Virus record (IMG/VR): IMGVR_UViG_3300033076_001195
Coordinates: 1 to 38,410 of that record
DNA length: 38,410 nucleotides
Direction: 5' to 3' (one strand)
DNA from: a virus
Lineage: Duplodnaviria; Caudoviricetes
The position numbers and the translations under genes are program-made. This document shows, in pieces, positions 17,242 to 24,160 of this stretch. Position 1 is the first letter of the stretch. Every line of letters begins with the position of its first letter. A model generated the notes under the pieces. That model had not been told where the DNA came from and searched no databases. It was given only the letters and a program-made list of their open reading frames with translations.

Positions 17242-17814
17242 ATGATAAATTTCTTTAAAAAAATATTCACTCAAGAAACACAAGCTAACGAGGACTATTG
17301 GACAAAATACTACATTGAAGAGCGTAAAAAGCTAATTGCTAAAATTGAAGAGTTAAAAAAAGTTTACGAAGAAGAATCTCATATATATCTAAAAGAAGAA
17401 AATAGAGTAATGGTAAATAAAATGAATAGTGCAACATCGGAAACAGAAAAATATAATTTGAGTGCAATAAACTCAGATGTTAATGAAAGAACATTTAAAG
17501 ATGGAATGGTGCCAAAAAAAATAAGAATATATAATTATTTAAAAAATTTGGCAGAAACAACTCAAGAGCATGATACTGATCTTGTTGAAACAATATTAGA
17601 TATTTTTATTTCTTACGGCAAGCAGAAAAATATTCAAAATTCTCATAAAAATTGGATGGAAGAACAAAAAGATTGCGTAATAAAAGCCCAAGAACATTTA
17701 AAAATAAAAGAAAAAGAGCTACAAGAAAGAGAAGCCAATATTGCTAAAATTGAAGCATCTCACAAAATACTTAATTCTGAATTAGCAGATAAATTAACAA
17801 TTAATTTAAAATAA
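17242..17814 (+). CDS. Hypothetical coiled-coil protein
   Basis: GGAG SD at 17234-17237 supports ATG 17242. Confidence 0.65.
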   Translation: MINFFKKIFTQETQANEDYWTKYYIEERKKLIAKIEELKKVYEEESHIYLKEENRVMVNKMNSATSETEKYNLSAINSDVNERTFKDGMVPKKIRIYNYLKNLAETTQEHDTDLVETILDIFISYGKQKNIQNSHKNWMEEQKDCVIKAQEHLKIKEKELQEREANIAKIEASHKILNSELADKLTINLK

Positions 17815-17816
17815 CT

Positions 17817-18272
17817 ATGAAAACATTAGAACAAATTCAAATAGAGAATAGAAAATTTATACTTGAGGCAATTCATGGCTGTAGCTATGATGAGGCTTTA
17901 AAAAAAGAGTTAGGCGTTGGCTGTAAAGTTAAAATTAAAAAATTTATGTCAAGTCAGGATTTTAACGAAGAAATATTCGTTATCGATGATTATTGCGATT
18001 TTTCTACTGAGAATTTATTTCGCACAATTGACTCGCATCATCATAATAAAATAACCGAAATCATCGGTAAACCCCTCACGCTTTCTAGAATGCTTTTGGC
18101 TTTAAAAGACAAAAAAATTGGCTTTTCTGATAAAGATTTAGGTGCAATTTGGAAAGGAGAATATATTTATGATGATTATATTTACGAATGGGATTTAACA
18201 AAAGAAACGCTCGAAGAGCAAAGTGAAGAGACTCAAAGAGGGATTAACAGTTATTTAATAATTTACAAATAA
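17817..18272 (+). CDS. Hypothetical protein, paralog 1
   Basis: Shares blocks KTLEQIQIENRKFILEA, KPLTLSR.LLAL, WDLTKETLE and EQSEETQR with the next gene. Confidence 0.7.
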   Translation: MKTLEQIQIENRKFILEAIHGCSYDEALKKELGVGCKVKIKKFMSSQDFNEEIFVIDDYCDFSTENLFRTIDSHHHNKITEIIGKPLTLSRMLLALKDKKIGFSDKDLGAIWKGEYIYDDYIYEWDLTKETLEEQSEETQRGINSYLIIYK

Positions 18273-18276
18273 AACT

Positions 18277-18630
18277 ATGACAAAAACATTAGAACAAATT
18301 CAAATAGAGAATAGAAAATTTATACTTGAGGCAACAGGTGAGTATAAAGATGAATTGGAGCTATTGAAACAAATTTACAACAATAACCTCAATGAAATTG
18401 TAAGTAGATCTTTTTTCAGCAAACCCCTCACCCTTTCTAGGGTGCTGTTAGCTTTACCAAGTGAATTATATTATTACAAAAGTGGCAATTTGTTATATAT
18501 AGCAAAACCAAACCAAGACCCAAAAGAGCAAATAACTTGGGATTTAACAAAAGAAACACTCGAATCAAGTTATTCCGTCGAGCAAAGCGAAGAGACTCAG
18601 AGAGCGATTAATAAATTATTTAATAATTAA
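18277..18630 (+). CDS. Hypothetical protein, paralog 2
   Basis: 52-bp exact identity 17820-17871 = 18283-18334 plus further shared blocks. Confidence 0.7.
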   Translation: MTKTLEQIQIENRKFILEATGEYKDELELLKQIYNNNLNEIVSRSFFSKPLTLSRVLLALPSELYYYKSGNLLYIAKPNQDPKEQITWDLTKETLESSYSVEQSEETQRAINKLFNN

Positions 18631-18641
18631 CAAATAAAAAT

Positions 18642-18902
18642 ATGAAATATCCAGCAATAATTAAAAAAGAAAAAGACGGTAAATATAGCGTATCCTTCCC
18701 CGACTTCAAAGGCGGTAAATTTGGCGTATGCGTAAGTTGTGGCGATACTTTAGAGGAAGCTAAAAGTAATGCAGAAGAGGCTTTACGGCTTCATGTTGAA
18801 GGATTACTTGAAGACTCAAAAGAATTTGGTTCGCATTTAGATTGGTTTGTAAAGTTTGGTAAATTACCAACTCCATCAATCGGAATTAATTTCAAATTAT
18901 AA
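18642..18902 (+). CDS. hicB: HicB-family antitoxin (N-terminal domain only)
   Basis: MKYPAII..EKDGKYSVSFPDF...CVSCGDTLEEA..NAEEALRLHVEGL...LPTPS. Confidence 0.8.
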   Translation: MKYPAIIKKEKDGKYSVSFPDFKGGKFGVCVSCGDTLEEAKSNAEEALRLHVEGLLEDSKEFGSHLDWFVKFGKLPTPSIGINFKL

Positions 18903-18934
18903 TTGCACTTAATTAACTTAAAACAAATAAAACT

Positions 18935-19342
18935 ATGGAAAAAGAACAAAAAATAAAAGATAGCAAAGGTAATATTTACGATTCTTGCCCTTACATTGAC
19001 AAAATTATTTCTACATTAGAGGAACAACTTAATTTAGAAGAGCAATTTAGTTTTTATGATGCTATAAGAACTAATCTTGAAATTATAAGAAAAATTAATC
19101 AAGAATTAAGAAATTTGAGAGATAAAAAAATTCAAGAATTAGAAGAGAAAATTCAATCTTTTCAAGAAATTAGCGATAAATACGAAATTGTTAATGATTT
19201 GTTGAATATAGATGCTAAAGATTTAAGATGGGTAAAGCATAATACTCAAGATATAGCTGATAAATTAAAAAGACTTGAAAAGTTAGAAAAAGAAAATGAG
19301 GAATTAAAAAAAGATATTAACAATTTGACAAACAAAAATTAA
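18935..19342 (+). CDS. Hypothetical coiled-coil protein
   Basis: SCPYIDKII...LEIIRKINQELR motif and heptads. Confidence 0.65.
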   Translation: MEKEQKIKDSKGNIYDSCPYIDKIISTLEEQLNLEEQFSFYDAIRTNLEIIRKINQELRNLRDKKIQELEEKIQSFQEISDKYEIVNDLLNIDAKDLRWVKHNTQDIADKLKRLEKLEKENEELKKDINNLTNKN

Positions 19343-19350
19343 TAAGTATT

Positions 19351-19593
19351 ATGAAAGGGCAAAATAATTTTGCAAAAGGAAATCAGGGAATTATGGATAT
19401 TCAAGATAAATTAGACAAAATTAAATCAAGGCAGTTAGGACGATTAGTTGGAGAGTTGAAAAAAATCAATACTTCACAAATTGTAATAGACGGCGTTGAG
19501 AAATATTTTAATTATTTTTATTTGGATATTTTAGATTCAATAAAACAAAATGAAGGAAATTCAGGAACTTATGACAAATCACACAAAGCGTAA
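19351..19593 (+). CDS. Hypothetical protein (true start may be ATG 19393)
   Basis: ORF before the replication gene; TTGACA-N16-TATTAT at 19325-19352 overlaps the first ATG. Confidence 0.55.
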   Translation: MKGQNNFAKGNQGIMDIQDKLDKIKSRQLGRLVGELKKINTSQIVIDGVEKYFNYFYLDILDSIKQNEGNSGTYDKSHKA

Positions 19594-20200
19594 AAGCTTT
19601 ATAATCCACAAAGATAGTTTGCATATATTGAAAGATATGACAAATGAACAAGCTGGAATTTTTATTAAAGCTATAGATTTTTATCAACAAAATAACCAAT
19701 TACCAGAATTAGATTTTGGTTTAAAGATGGCAATAATTCCTTTTATTAATCAATTTGAAAGAGACGAGGAAAATTACAAAAAAACCTGTGAAGCTAGGCG
19801 TGAAGCTGGTTCAATTGGTGGCAAGCAAAAGGTAGCAAATGCTAGCAAATGCAAGCAAAAGGTAGCAAAAGTAGCAGATAATAAGAATGATAATAAGAAT
19901 AAGAATGATAATGATATTAAGAATGAAAATGATTTACCAATCTTTATAAATAAAGATTTATTTAATTCTTTTATTGAGATGCGAGTAAAGATAAAAAAAC
20001 CATTAACAGAAAAAGCAAAAGAATTATTAATAAAAGATTTAACTAAAATTGAAAATAATAAAACTGGTGATTGCAATATAGCTTTAGAAAATTCTATTAA
20101 GAATTCTTGGCAAGGAGTATTTGAGCCAAAACAAAATAATTTTAACAACAATCAAAACAAAACACAGGGGGTATCAGAATGGAAGCGTATAATCAGTTAA
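19550..20200 (+). CDS. Replication initiator / replisome organiser (DUF6291-like N-terminus)
   Basis: KSFIIHKD...MTNEQAG..IKAI, AGSIGG, low-complexity linker, F..MR..IKKPLT and SIKNSWQGVF; directly upstream of DnaB. Confidence 0.75.
   Translation: MKEIQELMTNHTKRKSFIIHKDSLHILKDMTNEQAGIFIKAIDFYQQNNQLPELDFGLKMAIIPFINQFERDEENYKKTCEARREAGSIGGKQKVANASKCKQKVAKVADNKNDNKNKNDNDIKNENDLPIFINKDLFNSFIEMRVKIKKPLTEKAKELLIKDLTKIENNKTGDCNIALENSIKNSWQGVFEPKQNNFNNNQNKTQGVSEWKRIIS
19821..19932. repeat. Iteron-like repeats and AT-rich tract, probable replication origin
   Basis: GCAAGCAAAAGGTAGCAAA at 19821-19839 and 19851-19869, extra TAGCAAA copies, then GATAATAAGAAT repeats, all inside the initiator gene as in lambda O. 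Confidence 0.6.
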
Positions 20201-21558
20201 ATCAAGAAATTTGCAATGTTGATGCAGAGCAATCATTATTAGGAACTATAATCCTTAATAATTATTATTGTTATTCAATTCAAGATATTCTTAAACCTGA
20301 GCATTTCTATTATACTCCGCATGAAAAAATTTATTCGCATATTCTTAAATGTTTAGATTCTTCGACAATCGCTGATAAAATAACACTAAAACAACTTTTT
20401 GAAACAGATGAGGATATTAAAAAAATCGGAGGTATTAAATACATTTCAACTCTATTGGCTTATGCTTCGAGTTTTGGAGTAAAAGACTATGCGAATATAA
20501 TAATCGATTGCTGGAAGCGTAGAGAGTTAAAAAAACATATTGATGAGTTATTAAAAAATATTTCTAATCCGTCAAATTCGTTTCATGAACTATCAAGCAA
20601 TCTTTATCAAAAAATAGAAAGTCTTGATATTGATGAGCAAACTCAACCGCAACCAATCGCTAATGTTGTTGCAGAAAAGTTAAATGATTTAATGTATAAA
20701 ACCAATAATGAAATTGTTTCAACTGGTTTTAGTGGATTAGATGAGAAAACAGGAGGATTTAATAAGGGTTATCTTGTTATCATTGCTGGTCGCCCTTCTA
20801 TGGGTAAAACTACATTTAGCCTATGTTTAGCAAAAGAAATTGCTAAAAATGACCATGTTTGTTATATTTCAATTGAAATGACTTCTAAGCAGATTGTTTC
20901 AAAGATTCTTGGAAATGAAGCTAGCATTAATCTTAAAAAAATAAAACTAAACGATGTTAGCATTGAAGAATTAAAAATTGCCGGCAATGCTGGCGAAAGA
21001 ATTGGAGAATTAAAATTTAATATTGATTACCCAACAAAAGGAATAACAATAAGAAGCTTGAGGGCAAAGATTAAAAGGCAGGTTGATAAATTCAAAACTA
21101 AAATTGTTTTTATCGACCATCTAGGAAAAATTAAATCAGAAGGCAAGACTTGGAGCAAAAACGAAGAGGTATCACAAATAACCAATTCTTTAAAAGACAT
21201 CGCAAACGAGCTAGGAATAGTTATAGTTGTGTTATCTCAATTATCAAGGGCAGTTGAGCAAAGACAAGATAAAAGACCTCAATTAAGCGATTTAAGAGAT
21301 TCTGGGAGCATAGAGCAAAATGCAGATATTGTTATGTTTTGTTTTCGCCCAGAATATTATCTTGAAAGAGCTATGCCAAGCAAAATTTATGAACCAAACG
21401 ATTATGCTGATTGGGAGCGTGAATTAAGCAAAGTCAGGGGATTATGCGAAATTATAATCGCTAAAGCTAGAGAAGGAGAACCACAAACCGCTAGATTTAC
21501 TTTTAATGGTAGCTACGGAAGATTCACTGAAATACAGGAGCAAAATGATTCATATTAA
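20179..21558 (+). CDS. dnaB: Replicative DNA helicase
   Basis: AEQSLLG, IIAGRPSMGKTT, FIDHL, LSQLSRAVEQRQDKRPQLSDLRDSGSIEQNAD, IIAKAREG. Confidence 0.95.
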   Translation: MEAYNQLNQEICNVDAEQSLLGTIILNNYYCYSIQDILKPEHFYYTPHEKIYSHILKCLDSSTIADKITLKQLFETDEDIKKIGGIKYISTLLAYASSFGVKDYANIIIDCWKRRELKKHIDELLKNISNPSNSFHELSSNLYQKIESLDIDEQTQPQPIANVVAEKLNDLMYKTNNEIVSTGFSGLDEKTGGFNKGYLVIIAGRPSMGKTTFSLCLAKEIAKNDHVCYISIEMTSKQIVSKILGNEASINLKKIKLNDVSIEELKIAGNAGERIGELKFNIDYPTKGITIRSLRAKIKRQVDKFKTKIVFIDHLGKIKSEGKTWSKNEEVSQITNSLKDIANELGIVIVVLSQLSRAVEQRQDKRPQLSDLRDSGSIEQNADIVMFCFRPEYYLERAMPSKIYEPNDYADWERELSKVRGLCEIIIAKAREGEPQTARFTFNGSYGRFTEIQEQNDSY

Positions 21559-21766
21559 AAACATACTCAATAAAACTATTAATGAAAGCAAAGCAAAATT
21601 CTATCATCACAATCGAGATATTTTCATTAAATATTTTGAGAGTATTCAACAATATCAAAATTTAATTGAAGCTGGCAATTTCAAGAAAATGAATGATATT
21701 ATTAGAGAGAAAACCGATTTTACTTTTGATAAAGTGGAAGAGGTTATTAACAACTTAAATAAATAA
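21545..21766 (+). CDS. Hypothetical protein
   Basis: AGGAG SD before ATG 21545. Confidence 0.6.
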   Translation: MIHIKNILNKTINESKAKFYHHNRDIFIKYFESIQQYQNLIEAGNFKKMNDIIREKTDFTFDKVEEVINNLNK

Positions 21767-21769
21767 ACT

Positions 21770-21988
21770 ATGGACTATGAAGATTTAAAAAAAGCAATTT
21801 TTGATAAAATATATAACGATTGCCCCAAAGATTTTTATTTTGAAGATGAATTAATAGTTGAGTATCGAGATATTAAGGGACATTATTATAGAGTTTTTGC
21901 AACTAAAAATAAAAATGAAACGATACTGACACGACAATATTTGGGTTCAAATTACTTTAGTGCAACATTAACAAAATTATTAACTTAA
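21770..21988 (+). CDS. Hypothetical protein
   Basis: AAACT-ATG leader. Confidence 0.6.
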   Translation: MDYEDLKKAIFDKIYNDCPKDFYFEDELIVEYRDIKGHYYRVFATKNKNETILTRQYLGSNYFSATLTKLLT

Positions 21989-21999
21989 ATAAATAAACT

Positions 22000-22449
22000 A
22001 TGAAAGGTAAAATATTTAACGCACAAGAAGTGCAAGCAATAATTGCGGGGAATAAGACGCAGTTTAGGGAGGTGATTAAAAAACAAAATGAAATTTTTTT
22101 AGGGGGAGAAAGTGGAAAGGTTTGTTGGCATAAGGATTTATGCCCCTACCAAGTAGGACAAAAGATTAAGCCAAAACCAAAGTCGGGTTCTATTGATTTA
22201 CAACTAAGATTATTTGGGATAGAGTTGCTAATTAAAAAGATTAGGGTTGAAAGGCTTGCGGATATTAGTGAGGAGGATATTAAACTAGAAGGATTTAAAA
22301 CAGATTATAAAATTCTGCCACATGGAATTTTCAAAAAAGATGCTATTAAATTTTTTATAGAAAATTGGAACGCAACCCACAAAAAACCCGAAGAAAAATT
22401 TGAGGCTAATCCATTCGTTTGGGTTGTCGATTTTAAAATTAATAAATAA
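22000..22449 (+). CDS. ASCH/PUA-like conserved phage protein
   Basis: IFN..EVQAIIAGNKTQ.R, RVERLADISEED...EG, W...NPFVWVVDF. Confidence 0.7.
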   Translation: MKGKIFNAQEVQAIIAGNKTQFREVIKKQNEIFLGGESGKVCWHKDLCPYQVGQKIKPKPKSGSIDLQLRLFGIELLIKKIRVERLADISEEDIKLEGFKTDYKILPHGIFKKDAIKFFIENWNATHKKPEEKFEANPFVWVVDFKINK

Positions 22450-22457
22450 GGAGAATT

Positions 22458-22523
22458 ATGGAAGTAGCAATTGGTTTTGTAATAATGATAGCTTTATTTG
22501 AATTGAGTAAATTAACATGGTGA
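22458..22523 (+). CDS. 21-aa hydrophobic peptide coupled to the receiver gene
   Basis: Strong AAGGAG SD; MEVAIGFVIMIALFELSKLTW; its stop overlaps the next start. Confidence 0.45.
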   Translation: MEVAIGFVIMIALFELSKLTW

Positions 22524-22828
22524 TTTTAATAATTGAAGATTGCCGATTTATGACCTTTATTTGGAAACATCAAGCTAAAGAAGCGGGACATATAACAACT
22601 TGTGTTGAATACAAGCATGAAGCACTCGAATTATTAAGAAATAATAACTATGACTTAATCATATTAGATAATAATTTAAACGGTGAATTAGGGCTAGATA
22701 TTGCGAAAGAAATAAAATACATTACTAAAACTAAAATAATATTATCCAGTGCCGATGATGACCTTGTCGGCAATGAATTTATTGATGATGTTATTTGTAA
22801 AAAACAACTTAATTTTAAAAATTTATGA
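22517..22828 (+). CDS. Single-domain response regulator (receiver domain)
   Basis: ILIIED, EALELL...YDLIILD (phosphoacceptor Asp), GLDIAKEIK, IILSSA, DDVICK. Confidence 0.85.
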   Translation: MVILIIEDCRFMTFIWKHQAKEAGHITTCVEYKHEALELLRNNNYDLIILDNNLNGELGLDIAKEIKYITKTKIILSSADDDLVGNEFIDDVICKKQLNFKNL

Positions 22829-23034
22829 CTATGACATGGCAACCAATAGAAACAGCACCAACAGACGGAACCAAAATTTTAGTTTGTCACACAAACTATT
22901 ATAGCCCTATAACTGCTCAGTGGTCTTCTTATCATCCTAATAAAAAAGGAGAAGAAACTTGGCGGGAAGATGGTAGCAAATATAAAGTGAATCCAACTCA
23001 CTGGATGCCATTACCCGAAAAACCAACAATTTAA
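22825..23034 (+). CDS. DUF551-family protein
   Basis: WQPIETAPTDGTKILV...PTHWMPLPEKP. Confidence 0.85.
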   Translation: MTMTWQPIETAPTDGTKILVCHTNYYSPITAQWSSYHPNKKGEETWREDGSKYKVNPTHWMPLPEKPTI

Positions 23035-23063
23035 AACTTTTTTAAAAATAATTAAAATAATTC

Positions 23064-23092
23064 TTGACTATTAATCAAGCCTTGTTTATATT
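23064..23092 (+). promoter_or_regulatory. sigma70-type promoter for the RNA locus
   Basis: TTGACT-N17-TATATT. Confidence 0.7.
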
Positions 23093-23099
23093 GATTGCA

Positions 23100-23360
23100 T
23101 CACCAATAAAAAAACTAAGTCAAGCTTTAAGACTTAATTTAAAATAGAAGCAAAATGCGATTTATTTATAAATCGGAGCGGGTAAGCGTCTATATCGCAA
23201 GATACGAATTAATAAGCCTTACTAGCTATATTAATTTACCAGCCGATGGACTTTGGCATGAGGGAATATAGAGGGCAAAACAAGGCGGTAATTCAGTTAT
23301 TGATTTTATCGTGAGGTGCAGGAAGAAATCTCGAAAGAGTATGCGGGGCTTTGTTAATAA
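23100..23360 (+). ncRNA. Structured RNA, 5' domain of the tRNA-enclosing locus
   Basis: No ORF; stems CGATTTA/TAAATCG and AACAAGGC/GCTTTGTT; GNRA hairpins TATC-GCAA-GATA and CTC-GAAA-GAG. Confidence 0.6.
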
Positions 23361-23364
23361 ATAC

Positions 23365-23435
23365 GGGGGTTAGCTATAGAGCTTCGCTTTATTGAAAAAT
23401 AGAGGATTGAGGGTGCGAATCCTTCACCCCCACCA
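23365..23435 (+). tRNA. Aberrant tRNA-like element (Phe GAA-like, possibly pseudo)
   Basis: GGGGGT/ACCCCC 6-bp acceptor plus A-CCA, T-arm GAGGG-TGCGAAT-CCTTC, collapsed D-arm, CTTTA-TTGAAAAA-TAGAG arm. Confidence 0.55.
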
Positions 23436-23452
23436 AAATCGTAAATATAAAT

Positions 23453-23529
23453 ATCAGATTAGCTCAGTAGGTTAGAGCAAAACACTCATAATGTTTGGGT
23501 CGGTGGTTCAAATCCATCATCTGATACCA
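23453..23529 (+). tRNA. tRNA-CAT (elongator Met or Ile2)
   Basis: Full cloverleaf: ATCAGAT/ATCTGAT, AAACA-CTCATAA-TGTTT, GGTTCAAATCC, encoded CCA; paired 1:72, so not initiator. Confidence 0.93.
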
Positions 23530-23530
23530 T

Positions 23531-23607
23531 TGGTAGATAGCTCAGCTGGATAGAGCAACAGCCTTCTAAGCTGTAGGTCAGGGGTTCAAATCCCTTTCTA
23601 CCAACCA
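23531..23607 (+). tRNA. tRNA-Arg(TCT)
   Basis: TGGTAGA/TCTACCA, ACAGC-CTTCTAA-GCTGT, GGTTCAAATCC, encoded CCA. Confidence 0.95.
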
Positions 23608-23624
23608 AAATCGTAAATATTAAA

Positions 23625-23885
23625 CTCGGCACGGGTAAAGAAGAGTGCAGAATCACACGCGGGAGTGCATCTGAAACAGTGGTGTGTATAGTGTGTCCTT
23701 GCCCAAAACCGCTAACGCAGGCAAGGTGATAGTTGACATCATATCGGGTAGCTGAGGAATGCTCAAATGTCAACAACCCAGCAGTTAGCCTTCTGTAAAA
23801 AGGCGGACAATCAAATGGAAAGACAGTGCTTTGGCAGTGGAGAGACACTAAATCTGTGAAACAGATGACAGCTCGGAAAGACGGC
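23625..23885 (+). ncRNA. Structured RNA, 3' domain with possible pseudoknots
   Basis: About 50% GC; stems CCTTGCC/GGCAAGG and GTTGACAT/ATGTCAAC; loop GCTAAC complements GTTAGC; serial GARAGA and TGAAA hairpins. Confidence 0.75.
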
Positions 23886-23920
23886 AATTATTAACTTAAT
23901 TATTAACTTAATTTAAAACT

Positions 23921-24157
23921 ATGAAAACATTTAAAATAACGCTAACGGGAGAATTTAACGAAACACATGAAATTTTTGTTTTAAGCTCTATTGATTTATC
24001 AAATTATGAAAAACATAAAGACCGTATAAATAAAATTATCATCAAAGATAATGATGGTGAGGGGGAAGATTTAGATTATTATTTAAATTACGGAAAGTTT
24101 AAAATAGAAGAGTTTAAACTCGATGAAACAAATCTTATTAACGCAGATAATTTATAA
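23921..24157 (+). CDS. Hypothetical protein
   Basis: TTAACTTAA...AAACT-ATG leader. Confidence 0.6.
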   Translation: MKTFKITLTGEFNETHEIFVLSSIDLSNYEKHKDRINKIIIKDNDGEGEDLDYYLNYGKFKIEEFKLDETNLINADNL

Positions 24158-24160
24158 ACT

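Noticed and set aside
16995-17270. 91-aa minus-strand ORF over island 1
   Set aside because: Opposes the operon, overlaps a real gene, and is explained by locally higher GC; GNRA loops read on the plus strand.
17817-18630. Possible DGR template/variable repeat
   Set aside because: No reverse transcriptase in the genome and differences are not adenine-specific.
19821-19932. Possible CRISPR-like array
   Set aside because: Short in-frame repeats with no unique spacers; fits iterons.
23365-23435. tmRNA acceptor piece
   Set aside because: No G3-U70 alanine determinant and no convincing tag ORF, although GGGG...CCACCA is superficially similar.
23486-23887. 133-aa minus-strand ORF
   Set aside because: Antisense shadow of the tRNAs and structured RNA (GFEP peptides are the reverse T-arm signature).
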